A stretch of DNA of 64,000 nt, taken from NCBI GenBank assembly GCA_946499835.1, contig CAMMTJ010000002.1, positions 79,368-143,367 on the forward strand. Reading direction: 5' to 3'. Below the pieces are notes generated by a model. That model was not told where the DNA came from. It saw only the letters and a list, made by a program, of their open reading frames with translations, and searched no databases. The DNA comes from an uncultured Bacillota bacterium. GTDB taxonomy: Bacteria; Bacillota; Clostridia; Christensenellales; UBA1242. This document shows positions 28,146 to 38,635 of the stretch, piece by piece (the stretch's first letter is position 1; each line of letters begins with the position of its first letter). The position numbers and the translations under genes are program-made.

Positions 28146-31100
28146 TTACTTAACTTTCATGCGTTTTCTAAGTTTAAGTGTGATCAGCACGATTGCAACT
28201 GCTGCCAAAACGCCAAGCACAATGGCAATGATTGCCCACGCGTTGAGTGGATCTGTTTTTACAACTCTATATGAATAGAGAAGTGTTCCGCTTTCAGTGA
28301 AGAGTTGAATGTAATATGTGCCAGAATTTGAAATTGTGATTGTGGCATTTGCAGGGTAGTCTGCCAAAGTCTCTTCATTGAAGTCATATCTTTGATTTCC
28401 AACGATAAGATATGAGTCGCCCACTGCATTGTAAAGGTTTTGCGTGTTGAATGAAATTGTGATTGGGCTTGTTGTTGATGTGTTCTCTGCAACTGAAACA
28501 GAGATTGGTGGAAGTGCTGTGTTGATCCAAACTTCAAAGGTGAAGGTGTCAGAGGTTACTTGAGGGTATGAGGTCTCGTCTTTTGTGAGATAATCACTGA
28601 TACCTGTTTTCATAGTGATGATGTAATGTCCGCCACCAGTTCGCTCATCATAGTATGAGAGAAGAAGTTCGTTGAGATAATTTTCTCCATCAACAGTGAT
28701 CAAGTTGCTTGACAGGAGTGATTTCAAATCTTCTGTTATATCAACGGCGTTTGCTTTATCTGAGGTGTATTTGAGAACGCTTTCAATATAATAATTGCCA
28801 TAAGGCGAAACTTGATATGAGAGAGTTGATTCTCTGTTGTTGATAATGGTGAAAGTGTAAACCTGCTCACGAATTGCAATAGAGTTTGCTCTGTCTGTTG
28901 CTGAGAAGGTCACTCTATAATATCCAGGTTCAGAGAATGTGTATGAATATGAGTTTTGTGTGAAGTTTGTATATTCATTTCCATTTCTTGTCACGTGGAT
29001 GCTTGGATAGCCTGATGGGTTATAATAAGTTGAAAGATCAACAAGCGAAAGGGTGACATCACCATTATAAACCGCTCTATCAGTTGGTTCAACGGTGATT
29101 TGCTCTTGTGAAAGAGCATCTGTGTATGTCACATGGAAAGGCACGGTGTTGAGGAAGATTATGCTTAAATATTGACTTGCGCCAAAGTTGTGAACATTGG
29201 CAGGTGAGCATGAGTCAATAAATTGCAATTGATAACTTCCCGCTCTGTCAATATCGACATAGTTCAAGTTGCCATTTCTGTGAACTTGAAGGTTGATTGG
29301 AACATATTGTCCATTGAAAAGTTTTGAAATAACAACTGTGATTTGATTTTCCTCTATTCCATAATAGCCAGTCCAAGAAAGTCGCATATATGCAGAACTT
29401 GCACCATTTTGATCTGTGCTTACAACGATTGGTGCGCTCGAGCCACCAAGCAATGATTGACTTTGATTTGCACCAGTGGCTGTGTAATCAAGTCGATCCA
29501 AAATTGTTGTGGTTTCTTCAATATAGATTATTGTGAAATAGCCTTCTGACTGATCACAAGTGTAGTGATAAATTTCAACGACAACATTTGTGCCAGTTTG
29601 TTCAGTTCTGATAGGCTCTATCACATCTTCATTGCTGTTTCCGTTGTTGATGATAACGCCAAGTTCTTTATTGCGTTCAATGACAACGCGGGAGTCTTTA
29701 TCGTTGTAATCTACGCTGATGATATAGTTTGTGTCATATTGTCTGCCAGTGCTGTCAGTGTATGTGATATCATTCGCTTCAACTCTAAGTCCGTCAACGG
29801 TGATGAAATAATACGTGGAAGATGAGTTGAGAATAGTGAGATGCAACAATTTGAATTGATCGGTCAAAACTTCATTTGTGTCATATTTGACAAGAATGAT
29901 ATACTCGCCAACACCTCTGATTGCATATCCAGCACTTGCATAACTGTTGACATTCAACCAGTTCTGCCCATTATCTGATGAGATGTAAACGCTGTATGGA
30001 TATTGATCAAGATAAGAATATTCTCCATCTGCCGTTTGTTGCTGTCCGTCGTCGAAACGAAGGGTAACAACGTTTGAATAAGTTGTCAGATATGTCGCAT
30101 GGCTTGTTGTCAGAATTTGTCCATCAAATTCAACTGACAATTCATTTTCGCCAAAGCCATCGATATATTCGTTGTATCTATCTAGGAACCAGATATCGTT
30201 TGCATCGCTTGCTTCGGCAGAAGAGCCAATAACGTTTGGCAAACGATCATAAACACGGACGATGACAGTTCTAACAGGCTCGCTGTTTGTTGCCATAAGA
30301 TTCTCTTCAAGTTCGTAAACGGTGAATCTATAAACTATGTCATAGTTGCTTTCATCACTAGCCACGTCCAAATATTGGATTGTTGTTGTGCCAGAAAGTC
30401 GTGACCAAGAAGGGTTTTCAACTTTTTCAAACTTAAGAGTATCGCTCTTAAATTCTTCAACAACAACATTGTAAAGAAGTTCGTTGTATTGGAAGCGCAA
30501 TGTGTCTGCTGAAAGGTAGGTGGTTGAGAGCATATCATCAGATTCAGTTGTCTGATAGATAGCCGTTCCACTTGGGCTGACAACTTCTTCACAACTTTCC
30601 TCATTTTGGATTTGAACAACGATTGTGCTGTGTCCAAAATTGTCAACGATTGTGTAACGAAGTTTTCCAGATGCAAGGGCGCCAAAGTTTACTGCAAATC
30701 TCAGTCTTCCTGTGCTTGCGTTGTAACTAATGGTTACACCAGGCACTGATGAAGTCCAAAGGCTTGGATTTCCAGAAGGATTTGATTGATGGAAGATTTG
30801 ATTGTAAATGTTGCCAGTGTCACTAAATTGTGCAATCGTTATATCAACAGGGAATATTGTAGCCGTTGTTGTGCTTGCGATTTCGCTTGCAGATGGCACT
30901 CCAATTTCAAAGATTGCCGTGTTTGGTGTGGCAGAATCTTGAATTTTGTATGTTGGAAGTGTGGCATCCATTATTGAAAGGTAAATTCTTGTGCTTTGTC
31001 CACTTTCTCTGTTTGCAAGAAGCATTGTGTGCTTTGTGGTTGAAGAAGGGACATCTGCAAAGATTTGTGATAGTTCTACCACTTGTGCGTTGAGCACGCC

Positions 31101-34100
31101 AGAGTTATTTGACAACAGATAGATTTGGTTATCTTCAAGCAGAGGGCTTGTCATGTAGTAATATCTTGTGTCACTTATTGTCATTGTGTAGAAGCCCCAA
31201 GGATCGCTTTGGAAATTCAAGGTTTGAAGTTCCATTCTGCTGTTTGAATAGATATTGAAACCGTCTTGAATTTCAGCGTTTGTGATAACTTCTGCGTTGT
31301 CAAGTTGTGAATTGGTGTATGAAATTGCAGTTTCATTTTCATTGTTGACTGTGAAATGAACAAGATAAACAGTCATATTTCCAGCCATATCCATTTCAAC
31401 AATTTCACGATATTCATTTGCTATAATTTCAGTTTCATCAAAGTTTTCAACCAGTGTGTAAGCCGCAGGAGCAAAACTGTTTCTTGTCACTTGAACATAG
31501 CCTTCAAGATCATCATAACTTATTGCTTCATTGTTGATATAGATATATTTTGATCCAGTGTTCTGTGCTTGTGCTGAAAGGGTTCGAAGAGTTGCAATAT
31601 AGTCTGTGCCAACATTGTATGCGTATTTGTCAAAGATGCCTTCTGCTTTTGAGTAAGAATAACTTACATTTGCAAGCATCGTGAGAATGTTGTCAGAAGT
31701 CCAAGAAGAGGTGTCGATTATTTCATTGTTATAATCATAAAGATTTCTCATATTGGCTTCTTGATAAAGTCTGTTGAAGAAGTTTGTTGATGTGGTGACA
31801 TTGTTCATAAGAGAGCCAAGGTTATCAAGCGGTGCACTATAATCAACATATACTCTTTTTGTTGTTGTTTCATAATAATTTTCATTGTAGCCTTCATACT
31901 GCATTCTCACTTGAATATAAGCACCATTTCTCCAAAGGTCAGTTCCTTCAAGAGCGTATGAGAATGAGTTTTCAAGTCCGCTGGTATCAATTGTGCCACT
32001 ATAAGTGAAAGTGTTTGTTTGAGTGCCATTGAATGTGGTTATTTGAATGTTTGCTTTGTCAATGTTTGCAATATAATCACTTTCTGAATCATACCATCTG
32101 AAAGTTACAGAAGGTGAGTTTGTGTAAGCGGTTTGAATTGAACCTTCCTCGGTTGTGTCAAGGACGACACCTTGCTCAGTGATAATATCAAAGGCAGGAG
32201 CACTTGATTCAATTCTGAAAGAGAAGGTGTATGATCTTCTGAAAGATTCATTTTGAGATCCTTGATATATCGTCACTTCATAAACACCGCTTTGCCAGAA
32301 GGAAACAGCATTGCTTGCACTTATATCTTCTGGAAGGTCATCTGTTTGGCTGTCAACTGCGAAGAAGAGGAGGTATCTTCCGTCAGATGTTAAGTCACCA
32401 GTCTTATACCATTGTTCTCTGCTTCCACTTGTGAAACAAACTTCTGCATAAAGTTTGTATTCTTCAATTGCAGAGTTATTCAAGACTTGTAGTGCTTGTT
32501 GTTCGGTATCATAACTTCCTACCACAATGCCTTCTGCTGTCTTAACTTGGTATCTGCCACCATTATTAGTTATAGACAAGTCACCATAACTTGATAGAGA
32601 ATTGTTTATATCAACGCTGTATGAGTTGTCTTTTGGTAAATATGTGAAATTGTATGTGTATTTATACTCAGGGATATTTAGGCTGACTGGCAGTTTGTTT
32701 GTTGTCACGCTGTAAACTATTCCGCCAGACGTTGATGATGCAAATGAACCGCTGTTAAGACCATTGTCAATAGAATAATTTGGGAATGAAACTGAAATTG
32801 ATGAGTTGCCATCACCTTGATACATTTGCAACAGCATATCTCCACCGATAATGCTTTCAAGTCCAACGCCAGCACTTTCTCTTTCTGGTTGATCACCTTC
32901 GTTAAGTCCATAAAGGGCCATTTGACCATTTTGCAAAATATAATAAACATCATCTGTTGAGTTGATTTTTTTGTAAAGTGTTATTGTCTGGCCATCTGTT
33001 GTAAGATTGTAAACTTCATATACAGTGGCACTGCCGTCTGAATTTGTGTGGGTGTAGAACTGTCCACCTGTCACAGATTCCTGATCTGAAATGACGTTGT
33101 ATCTATCCACATAGAGAGTCAAATCTCTCTCGAAATAGTCATAAGTTGCAACTGTTGAATCTGTGCGATATTGCCTTATAAACACATATTTGCCAGGATT
33201 GATTGTGCCGTTTGCAACTGATGCAAGGTCATATGTTTGTCCTTCATTTGGTGTATATTCAGTTGAATCATTGTAAGTAAAGATAGGTGTTATGTTTGGT
33301 GTGTCAGAAATGGTGTAATAGTATGCAGTCGCTCCATAAGGGTTTCCATTTCCGTCATACATTATGATTTGTCTTGATTCTTTGACATAAGGGTAGTAAT
33401 ACATTGTCACGCTTTGAACAGTGCTTCCGTCTTCTGCCAAAGGTATGTAATAAAGGTAAAGTGGTGACAGTGAAGTTGGTGAATAATATGCATATCTGAA
33501 TGTCTTGTTAGAAACAGAAGTGTATTCATCGTTTTGAACTTTTGAAAGATTTCCGTTGCTGTCTTCATAGAATGAGCCTATGAAAGAAAATCCTGCGCTG
33601 TCAATAAGAGAATTTGGTTCAGATTGATCTGTGATAACACCAAGCCTTGATGAGTCTGAGGTGATATTGATTGTTGCGATAGCACTTGGATAGGTTGTAT
33701 AGCCATATTCATTTGCCACACCTCTTGTGTTTGATTGGTCACGAAGAAGGAATTTCCATGTGCCTTCTCTTGCCACAGTTTGTCCATTCTCTTCCTTAAA
33801 GAAAGGTATGAGGTGGGATGTAGAGCCAGAGGCTACAATTTCATTTGAGTATGAAGAAGAATCATCATCTTTGACATAGATGTCATCTTCAAGAGGAATG
33901 ATAAGATAATCGCCAGTGTAAGATTCTATGCCAGAAGCAGATGGAGGAGTTGCACTTGAAGTCACTTGCAATCTCTGCACTTGACCGCTATCAGCGAAAA
34001 ATTCTTGGAATTTTTCTGGCCATTTTGCTTTTTCTTCATCTGAAAGCCTATCTTGTGAATAGGTGCCCAAAATGCCAGAAAGAGAGCCAGTGCCAATAGA

Positions 34101-36941
34101 GTTTAATATAGATTGAAGTCCATTTAAGTAAATTGCTTTGTTTTCTCCCCATTCCAAAGTGATTGTATAACTTTCTGACACAGCAATTGTTGTTGATGAT
34201 GAAAGCAATGTTCGAGAAGAAAGTCCACTTTCCTGTGTGTTCAAAACAAAGATAGGTGAAGTGTTGTCGATGAAATATATTTCAAAGGATGCGTTTCCAG
34301 CCTCATCATAAACTTCCACAAAATAGAAGCCTGGTGATGAGAGAACATAACTTGCATCAACAGAATTGTTGAAATCAAGTGAGTTTGTGTATTGTTCCCA
34401 GTTGGATGTGTCTTCATAACTAGAAAGATTTACCACAGCATTTGTTGGCAAGGTTGCCAAATCTTGAACAAACTCACGGAGCAATGAAGAAAGTCCAGTT
34501 GATGGGTAAAAGTTTGTTTGTGTGAGAGGAATATATTGATAATATCCATAAGTAGGAGCCCCACTTGCTTTTCTTTGCCAAGAAAGGACGATAGGTTGAT
34601 TTGTTTTGCGTCCAGTGATAGAAACTGTGGAGTCAATCAAATAGTTTGTTCCAGAAGTTGCAGTCACATTTCTTGCAGTGATTGTGCCAATCTCTGTGGT
34701 GTCAATGGTGAATGATCTTGTGCTGGCATTTTGTGAGTTAGGTCTGTTTCGTATTGAAATCACAAACTTGCAGTTTGCAAATGCGCTGTCACGAGCGATG
34801 TGGAGTCCAACCGCATTTTCAACAATGTATTCTTCTCCATCTTGGATGGAAGGTGGAAGGGTAAGTGTTCCGTCATAGTAGGTTATGCCTTGTGAAGAAT
34901 ATGGATTGTTTGAAGCAAGAAGAGAAATATTTTCAATGTTCAAAACTTGCTGTCCTGAGAAGTTGGTTGCAGTCAGTGAAATTGTGACGTCTGCATCATA
35001 TGGGTTAAGTGATGAGTTGTCAATAAGATAAACACCTTGGTTTGTGTAATTTTGAGTGTAAACTTCTTGACAATCACTGTCTCTCAGCACACTGACAGTA
35101 GGTGTTTCACTTGCAACAGTGAAATAGAACATTTGATAGTGATAATATGATGATTGTCCTGCACCTGTTGGGCTAAGGAAATTATCAAATTTATATTGAA
35201 TTATGTAGAGGTATGTTCCGTTTTCACTTTGATTGAAGCCTTGGAATTGTCCACCACCATCAACAGGTGTAAAGTCACCATTTGAACCTTGTCTAAAAAT
35301 CATGCTTTGATAATGGTTGCTATCATTTTCACGTATGTTTTGCAGATTGACATTTGATCTGAAACTTACAGGTGTTTGATTTGTTCTGAGAGGCTCAATG
35401 CCATGGTTAGATATTGCTGTTGTAGCCATATTAAACAACTCTTGCATTGAATAAGCAGTTTGTTGCGATGGGTTGGTGTCATCAGAACCTTGATTTCTAT
35501 TTACTCTGCTTGTGATATCTGCCGATTCAAGGATTGAATTGCCTTGAATTGTTTTGAGTTCTTTTTGAGTTGTGCTTCCAGTTGTTTCATCGATGTCTGA
35601 AAGGTCAGTGTAGAAAATTTGATAGCCATAAAGTGCAACGCGTTGAGGTTTTGTGTTGTATGGGCTTTGGCTGCCAATATTTGGCAAGTCAAGACTGATG
35701 AGGTGACTTACTTGATTTTGACCATCTGCAAGAGAACTTGTGAAGTTGTAAACAAAGTCAAAAGTTATGTCATAAAAACCGATGTCATTGAAATATAGAT
35801 CAATATTTCCACTTTCGTTGTATGAAGCGAAAAGGAAGATGTCTTCATTTGAGATTGCCGATCCAGTTGCGTCCACGAAAGAAATCTCATTTGTGTCATA
35901 ATCAAACAAAATGGTCGCTCTTGTTTGAACGTCTTGATAATTTGTGTAAGTTACAGTCAATTGATATTGTCTTGGGTTGTATGAGAAAGAAGGCATATCA
36001 ATGGAATCTGCTTGTTGGTAAGAGTAGTTTGAGAAATAAACTCTTGAATAAGATGATGTTGAGTTTGTTGCTGAAACTTGCATTGCCTGTGTTTGAGCAT
36101 TAGGGATGAAAGAGGTGGAAGAAAAATATTGAGATGATTCAAAGATTGCAAATGTGTAATAGAAAGTCTCAGTCCTTGTTGAGAAATTTTGTCCACCATT
36201 TTCTGTCACATAACTTACCACTGGAATTGCAAGGGTGTAAAGTCCTCCATTTTTGAGTGTTACTGTTCCATCAGATATTAAAATGTTTTCTAATTGTGTT
36301 GAATTGATTTTCAAAGTCATTAAAAATTGTTGAGGTATAACAGATGGGTTGCTTGGGACTGGCACGCCATTTTGTTCATTTTCATCAATTTGACCATCAT
36401 TGTCAGTATCATCATGGTAAGGCTTGGCAAAAGACTCAATATCTGCTCCTCTCAAAAGGTTTTCATCGTTTTGGCTGTTTGTGTAATATGTTTGAACTTC
36501 TGTGTTGGTTTTGTTGTAATAAAGAGATATTGATGGTTGAAAGTCGAGGTATGAGAATGATTGTGTGTTGCTTGCGTCTGGCAGGTATGCCCAGTTTGTT
36601 CCATTTTGAGTGGCACCACCAGCAGGGGTGTAAGTTGCTTCAACTTCATCCAAACCGAATTGCAATGTGACGCCTGCATCTGTGTTGTCGAGCAAGAAAG
36701 TCGCGTTGTCAGAAGTTGACCATGCACCTTCACTTAAATTGAGTGAGCCCTCCGAGCCACTTCCGTAATCCCAGAAATATGGCAACGTGTTTGAGATTGT
36801 TTCAGTTTGCAAAACTTCTGCGTCTGATTGATGAGTGACAGTATTTTGAGATAGTGCAAAAGAAAGCAGACCTGTGCCCACAACTCCCATAAACATGAAA
36901 GATAAAATAATTGAATTTAAGATAGATTTTATTTTACTCAT
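28146..36941 (-). CDS. Giant membrane-anchored surface protein (2931 aa)
   Basis: Uninterrupted 8.8-kb ORF with RBS AGAGAGG. N-terminal signal/anchor helix (ILNSIILSFMFMGVVGTGLLSFAL) and a single C-terminal TM helix plus a basic stop-transfer tail (AIIAIVLGVLAAVAIVLITLKLRKRMKVK). T/S/N/Y-rich, beta-type composition throughout, with no LPXTG. Confidence 0.9.
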   Translation of the reverse strand: MSKIKSILNSIILSFMFMGVVGTGLLSFALSQNTVTHQSDAEVLQTETISNTLPYFWDYGSGSEGSLNLSEGAWSTSDNATFLLDNTDAGVTLQFGLDEVEATYTPAGGATQNGTNWAYLPDASNTQSFSYLDFQPSISLYYNKTNTEVQTYYTNSQNDENLLRGADIESFAKPYHDDTDNDGQIDENEQNGVPVPSNPSVIPQQFLMTLKINSTQLENILISDGTVTLKNGGLYTLAIPVVSYVTENGGQNFSTRTETFYYTFAIFESSQYFSSTSFIPNAQTQAMQVSATNSTSSYSRVYFSNYSYQQADSIDMPSFSYNPRQYQLTVTYTNYQDVQTRATILFDYDTNEISFVDATGSAISNEDIFLFASYNESGNIDLYFNDIGFYDITFDFVYNFTSSLADGQNQVSHLISLDLPNIGSQSPYNTKPQRVALYGYQIFYTDLSDIDETTGSTTQKELKTIQGNSILESADITSRVNRNQGSDDTNPSQQTAYSMQELFNMATTAISNHGIEPLRTNQTPVSFRSNVNLQNIRENDSNHYQSMIFRQGSNGDFTPVDGGGQFQGFNQSENGTYLYIIQYKFDNFLSPTGAGQSSYYHYQMFYFTVASETPTVSVLRDSDCQEVYTQNYTNQGVYLIDNSSLNPYDADVTISLTATNFSGQQVLNIENISLLASNNPYSSQGITYYDGTLTLPPSIQDGEEYIVENAVGLHIARDSAFANCKFVISIRNRPNSQNASTRSFTIDTTEIGTITARNVTATSGTNYLIDSTVSITGRKTNQPIVLSWQRKASGAPTYGYYQYIPLTQTNFYPSTGLSSLLREFVQDLATLPTNAVVNLSSYEDTSNWEQYTNSLDFNNSVDASYVLSSPGFYFVEVYDEAGNASFEIYFIDNTSPIFVLNTQESGLSSRTLLSSSTTIAVSESYTITLEWGENKAIYLNGLQSILNSIGTGSLSGILGTYSQDRLSDEEKAKWPEKFQEFFADSGQVQRLQVTSSATPPSASGIESYTGDYLIIPLEDDIYVKDDDSSSYSNEIVASGSTSHLIPFFKEENGQTVAREGTWKFLLRDQSNTRGVANEYGYTTYPSAIATINITSDSSRLGVITDQSEPNSLIDSAGFSFIGSFYEDSNGNLSKVQNDEYTSVSNKTFRYAYYSPTSLSPLYLYYIPLAEDGSTVQSVTMYYYPYVKESRQIIMYDGNGNPYGATAYYYTISDTPNITPIFTYNDSTEYTPNEGQTYDLASVANGTINPGKYVFIRQYRTDSTVATYDYFERDLTLYVDRYNVISDQESVTGGQFYTHTNSDGSATVYEVYNLTTDGQTITLYKKINSTDDVYYILQNGQMALYGLNEGDQPERESAGVGLESIIGGDMLLQMYQGDGNSSISVSFPNYSIDNGLNSGSFASSTSGGIVYSVTTNKLPVSLNIPEYKYTYNFTYLPKDNSYSVDINNSLSSYGDLSITNNGGRYQVKTAEGIVVGSYDTEQQALQVLNNSAIEEYKLYAEVCFTSGSREQWYKTGDLTSDGRYLLFFAVDSQTDDLPEDISASNAVSFWQSGVYEVTIYQGSQNESFRRSYTFSFRIESSAPAFDIITEQGVVLDTTEEGSIQTAYTNSPSVTFRWYDSESDYIANIDKANIQITTFNGTQTNTFTYSGTIDTSGLENSFSYALEGTDLWRNGAYIQVRMQYEGYNENYYETTTKRVYVDYSAPLDNLGSLMNNVTTSTNFFNRLYQEANMRNLYDYNNEIIDTSSWTSDNILTMLANVSYSYSKAEGIFDKYAYNVGTDYIATLRTLSAQAQNTGSKYIYINNEAISYDDLEGYVQVTRNSFAPAAYTLVENFDETEIIANEYREIVEMDMAGNMTVYLVHFTVNNENETAISYTNSQLDNAEVITNAEIQDGFNIYSNSRMELQTLNFQSDPWGFYTMTISDTRYYYMTSPLLEDNQIYLLSNNSGVLNAQVVELSQIFADVPSSTTKHTMLLANRESGQSTRIYLSIMDATLPTYKIQDSATPNTAIFEIGVPSASEIASTTTATIFPVDITIAQFSDTGNIYNQIFHQSNPSGNPSLWTSSVPGVTISYNASTGRLRFAVNFGALASGKLRYTIVDNFGHSTIVVQIQNEESCEEVVSPSGTAIYQTTESDDMLSTTYLSADTLRFQYNELLYNVVVEEFKSDTLKFEKVENPSWSRLSGTTTIQYLDVASDESNYDIVYRFTVYELEENLMATNSEPVRTVIVRVYDRLPNVIGSSAEASDANDIWFLDRYNEYIDGFGENELSVEFDGQILTTSHATYLTTYSNVVTLRFDDGQQQTADGEYSYLDQYPYSVYISSDNGQNWLNVNSYASAGYAIRGVGEYIILVKYDTNEVLTDQFKLLHLTILNSSSTYYFITVDGLRVEANDITYTDSTGRQYDTNYIISVDYNDKDSRVVIERNKELGVIINNGNSNEDVIEPIRTEQTGTNVVVEIYHYTCDQSEGYFTIIYIEETTTILDRLDYTATGANQSQSLLGGSSAPIVVSTDQNGASSAYMRLSWTGYYGIEENQITVVISKLFNGQYVPINLQVHRNGNLNYVDIDRAGSYQLQFIDSCSPANVHNFGASQYLSIIFLNTVPFHVTYTDALSQEQITVEPTDRAVYNGDVTLSLVDLSTYYNPSGYPSIHVTRNGNEYTNFTQNSYSYTFSEPGYYRVTFSATDRANSIAIREQVYTFTIINNRESTLSYQVSPYGNYYIESVLKYTSDKANAVDITEDLKSLLSSNLITVDGENYLNELLLSYYDERTGGGHYIITMKTGISDYLTKDETSYPQVTSDTFTFEVWINTALPPISVSVAENTSTTSPITISFNTQNLYNAVGDSYLIVGNQRYDFNEETLADYPANATITISNSGTYYIQLFTESGTLLYSYRVVKTDPLNAWAIIAIVLGVLAAVAIVLITLKLRKRMKVK

Positions 36942-37129
36942 AAATACCTCTCTTTCGTCAAGTCATCTGACTTAATTTGATTTTATCACAACAAACAAAA
37001 AAAACAAAATAATTTGACGAAATAATAAATATATATATTTAATATATACTATAATCGCGAAAATACTCATTCCCTTTGAAACAAAGGCAAAAAAATATTT
37101 TTTAACAATATTTTTAAGACAAATTTTAT

Positions 37130-37197
37130 AAAAATTAAAAAAATATCAAAAAAATCAATAAAAATTGCAAAAAAAATGCTAAAAAAATAAAAAAAAG
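37130..37197. other. Phased A-tracts (intrinsically bent DNA candidate)
   Basis: A5-A8 tracts start at about 37130, 37137, 37148, 37160, 37169, 37181 and 37190. Spacing from 37137 to 37190 is 9-12 bp, averaging about one helical turn. The tracts lie upstream of the giant-gene promoter region. Confidence 0.5.
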
Positions 37198-37214
37198 AGA
37201 AAATTTTCTCTTTT

Positions 37215-38153
37215 TTATTTTAATTTGAAATTGTCAAATTCAAAAAGTTTATTATCAAGCAATTTTAAGAAATTTTTTCTGTTCACTCCACACATGAGTT
37301 TCACGTTGCCTTTTTTGTGGAAATAAGCAAATGTTTTTCCAGGTTCTTCATCAGTGTCAACCGTCAAATCAGCAGTCATAACTTTGAACAAATGTGGGTG
37401 AGTGAGATAGAGATATGCGCAAGTGTCATTTGTTGCAATGCGTTTATCGTCAAAGCCAGGCTCCCAATAAGCATCAAACAATTCAAAGAGAAATGCACCG
37501 ACTTCATTTCTATCACGAATCTTGTAAACATAATCTTCTGTCAAATATGCTTTTCTTCTTCCTATGTCGCTTGGAGCCATGACAAGAGGAATTTTTGAGT
37601 CAAGCACAATTTTGAATGCTTCCGGATCATTTGAAATATTGAAAGAAATATGATCTGGGAAGCCAGGCACACCATAAGGTGATCCGCCCATAAAAATAAT
37701 TTGAGGAATGAGGTCTTTTGCATCAGGGTGGTCAATCAAAAGTTGAGCAACATTGGTGTGAGGTCCCCAAACATAAATAGTCACTTGACCAGGATTTTCT
37801 TTTATGACTCTATACATTGCCTCAACCGCACTTTCTTTGATAATTTGATGCTTCGTCTTTTTTGGTGGAACATAATTTCCCATGCCATATTTTCCATGAA
37901 TGAAGTAGGCATAACGAGGTTGTCTTTGGAGTGGTTTGCTTGCTCCCTTTGCCACAGGAAAGTCTTTATCAAATCTGTCCAAAAGATGAAGCAGGTTGCG
38001 AGTGCTGTCTTCAATAGCCACATTTCCAGAAACGGTGGTAAAAAGTTTTATATCAAGATCTTGATCAAACATAGCAAAAATGAGAGCGTAGGTGTCATCT
38101 ACGCCAGGATCGGTATCAATGATAACTTTGTATGGTTTTTTGATTTTTTGCAT
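37215..38153 (-). CDS. Nucleoside hydrolase (IUNH family)
   Basis: 312 aa with the N-terminal DXDXXXDD fingerprint (VIIDTDPGVDD). Confidence 0.85.
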   Translation of the reverse strand: MQKIKKPYKVIIDTDPGVDDTYALIFAMFDQDLDIKLFTTVSGNVAIEDSTRNLLHLLDRFDKDFPVAKGASKPLQRQPRYAYFIHGKYGMGNYVPPKKTKHQIIKESAVEAMYRVIKENPGQVTIYVWGPHTNVAQLLIDHPDAKDLIPQIIFMGGSPYGVPGFPDHISFNISNDPEAFKIVLDSKIPLVMAPSDIGRRKAYLTEDYVYKIRDRNEVGAFLFELFDAYWEPGFDDKRIATNDTCAYLYLTHPHLFKVMTADLTVDTDEEPGKTFAYFHKKGNVKLMCGVNRKNFLKLLDNKLFEFDNFKLK

Positions 38154-38296
38154 GCTTTCTCCGTAAGTAATCTAAAACTTATTATAAACAAAAATTGAGT
38201 TTATTCCAAACGAAATCAAAAACTTTTCAAAAATGAGCGTATTATACAAAAAAATATATGAAAAAATTTTGAAATGTGTTATAATCTTGCATGCAA

Positions 38297-38386
38297 GGAG
38301 AGGTGTCAGAGTGGTCGAATGAGGCGGACTCGAAATCCGTTATACAACTTGTTGTATCAGGGGTTCAAATCCCTTCCTCTCCGCCA
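38297..38386 (+). tRNA. tRNA-Ser (anticodon CGA)
   Basis: GGAGAGG acceptor stem, anticodon loop CTCGAAA, long variable arm (TATACAACTTGTTGTATC), T arm AGGGGTTCAAATCCCTT, encoded CCA. A hairpin plus T run follows. Confidence 0.9.
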
Positions 38387-38413
38387 AAATAGGTCACAAA
38401 TATGTGGCTTTTT

Positions 38414-38617
38414 TTATTGACTTACAAGTTGATTTAACCTTACTTTCATGGCGATTGCAATTTTTAAGATTGTTTTTATCCTAAAATGCAAATTGTTGTG
38501 CATGATTTTGTCATAACTGCTTTTTGAAATTTTGCAAAACTTACAAAAAGCGCTGGGAGATAAGTTGTTTTTCTCCATAAATTCAAGAATAACTTCCGTT
38601 TTTATTATATTTTCCAT
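38414..38617 (-). CDS. XRE-family helix-turn-helix protein (67 aa)
   Basis: LSPSAFCKFCKISKSSYDKIMHN is an HTH_3-like pattern. Divergent from a second XRE gene 18 bp away. Confidence 0.65.
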   Translation of the reverse strand: MENIIKTEVILEFMEKNNLSPSAFCKFCKISKSSYDKIMHNNLHFRIKTILKIAIAMKVRLNQLVSQ

Positions 38618-38635
38618 GCGCAGTATAATAACAAC

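Noticed and set aside
29690-29720. CTGATGA string, considered as a possible hammerhead ribozyme core.
   Set aside because: It is an isolated heptamer inside the giant CDS. There is no matching GAAA box or flanking helices.
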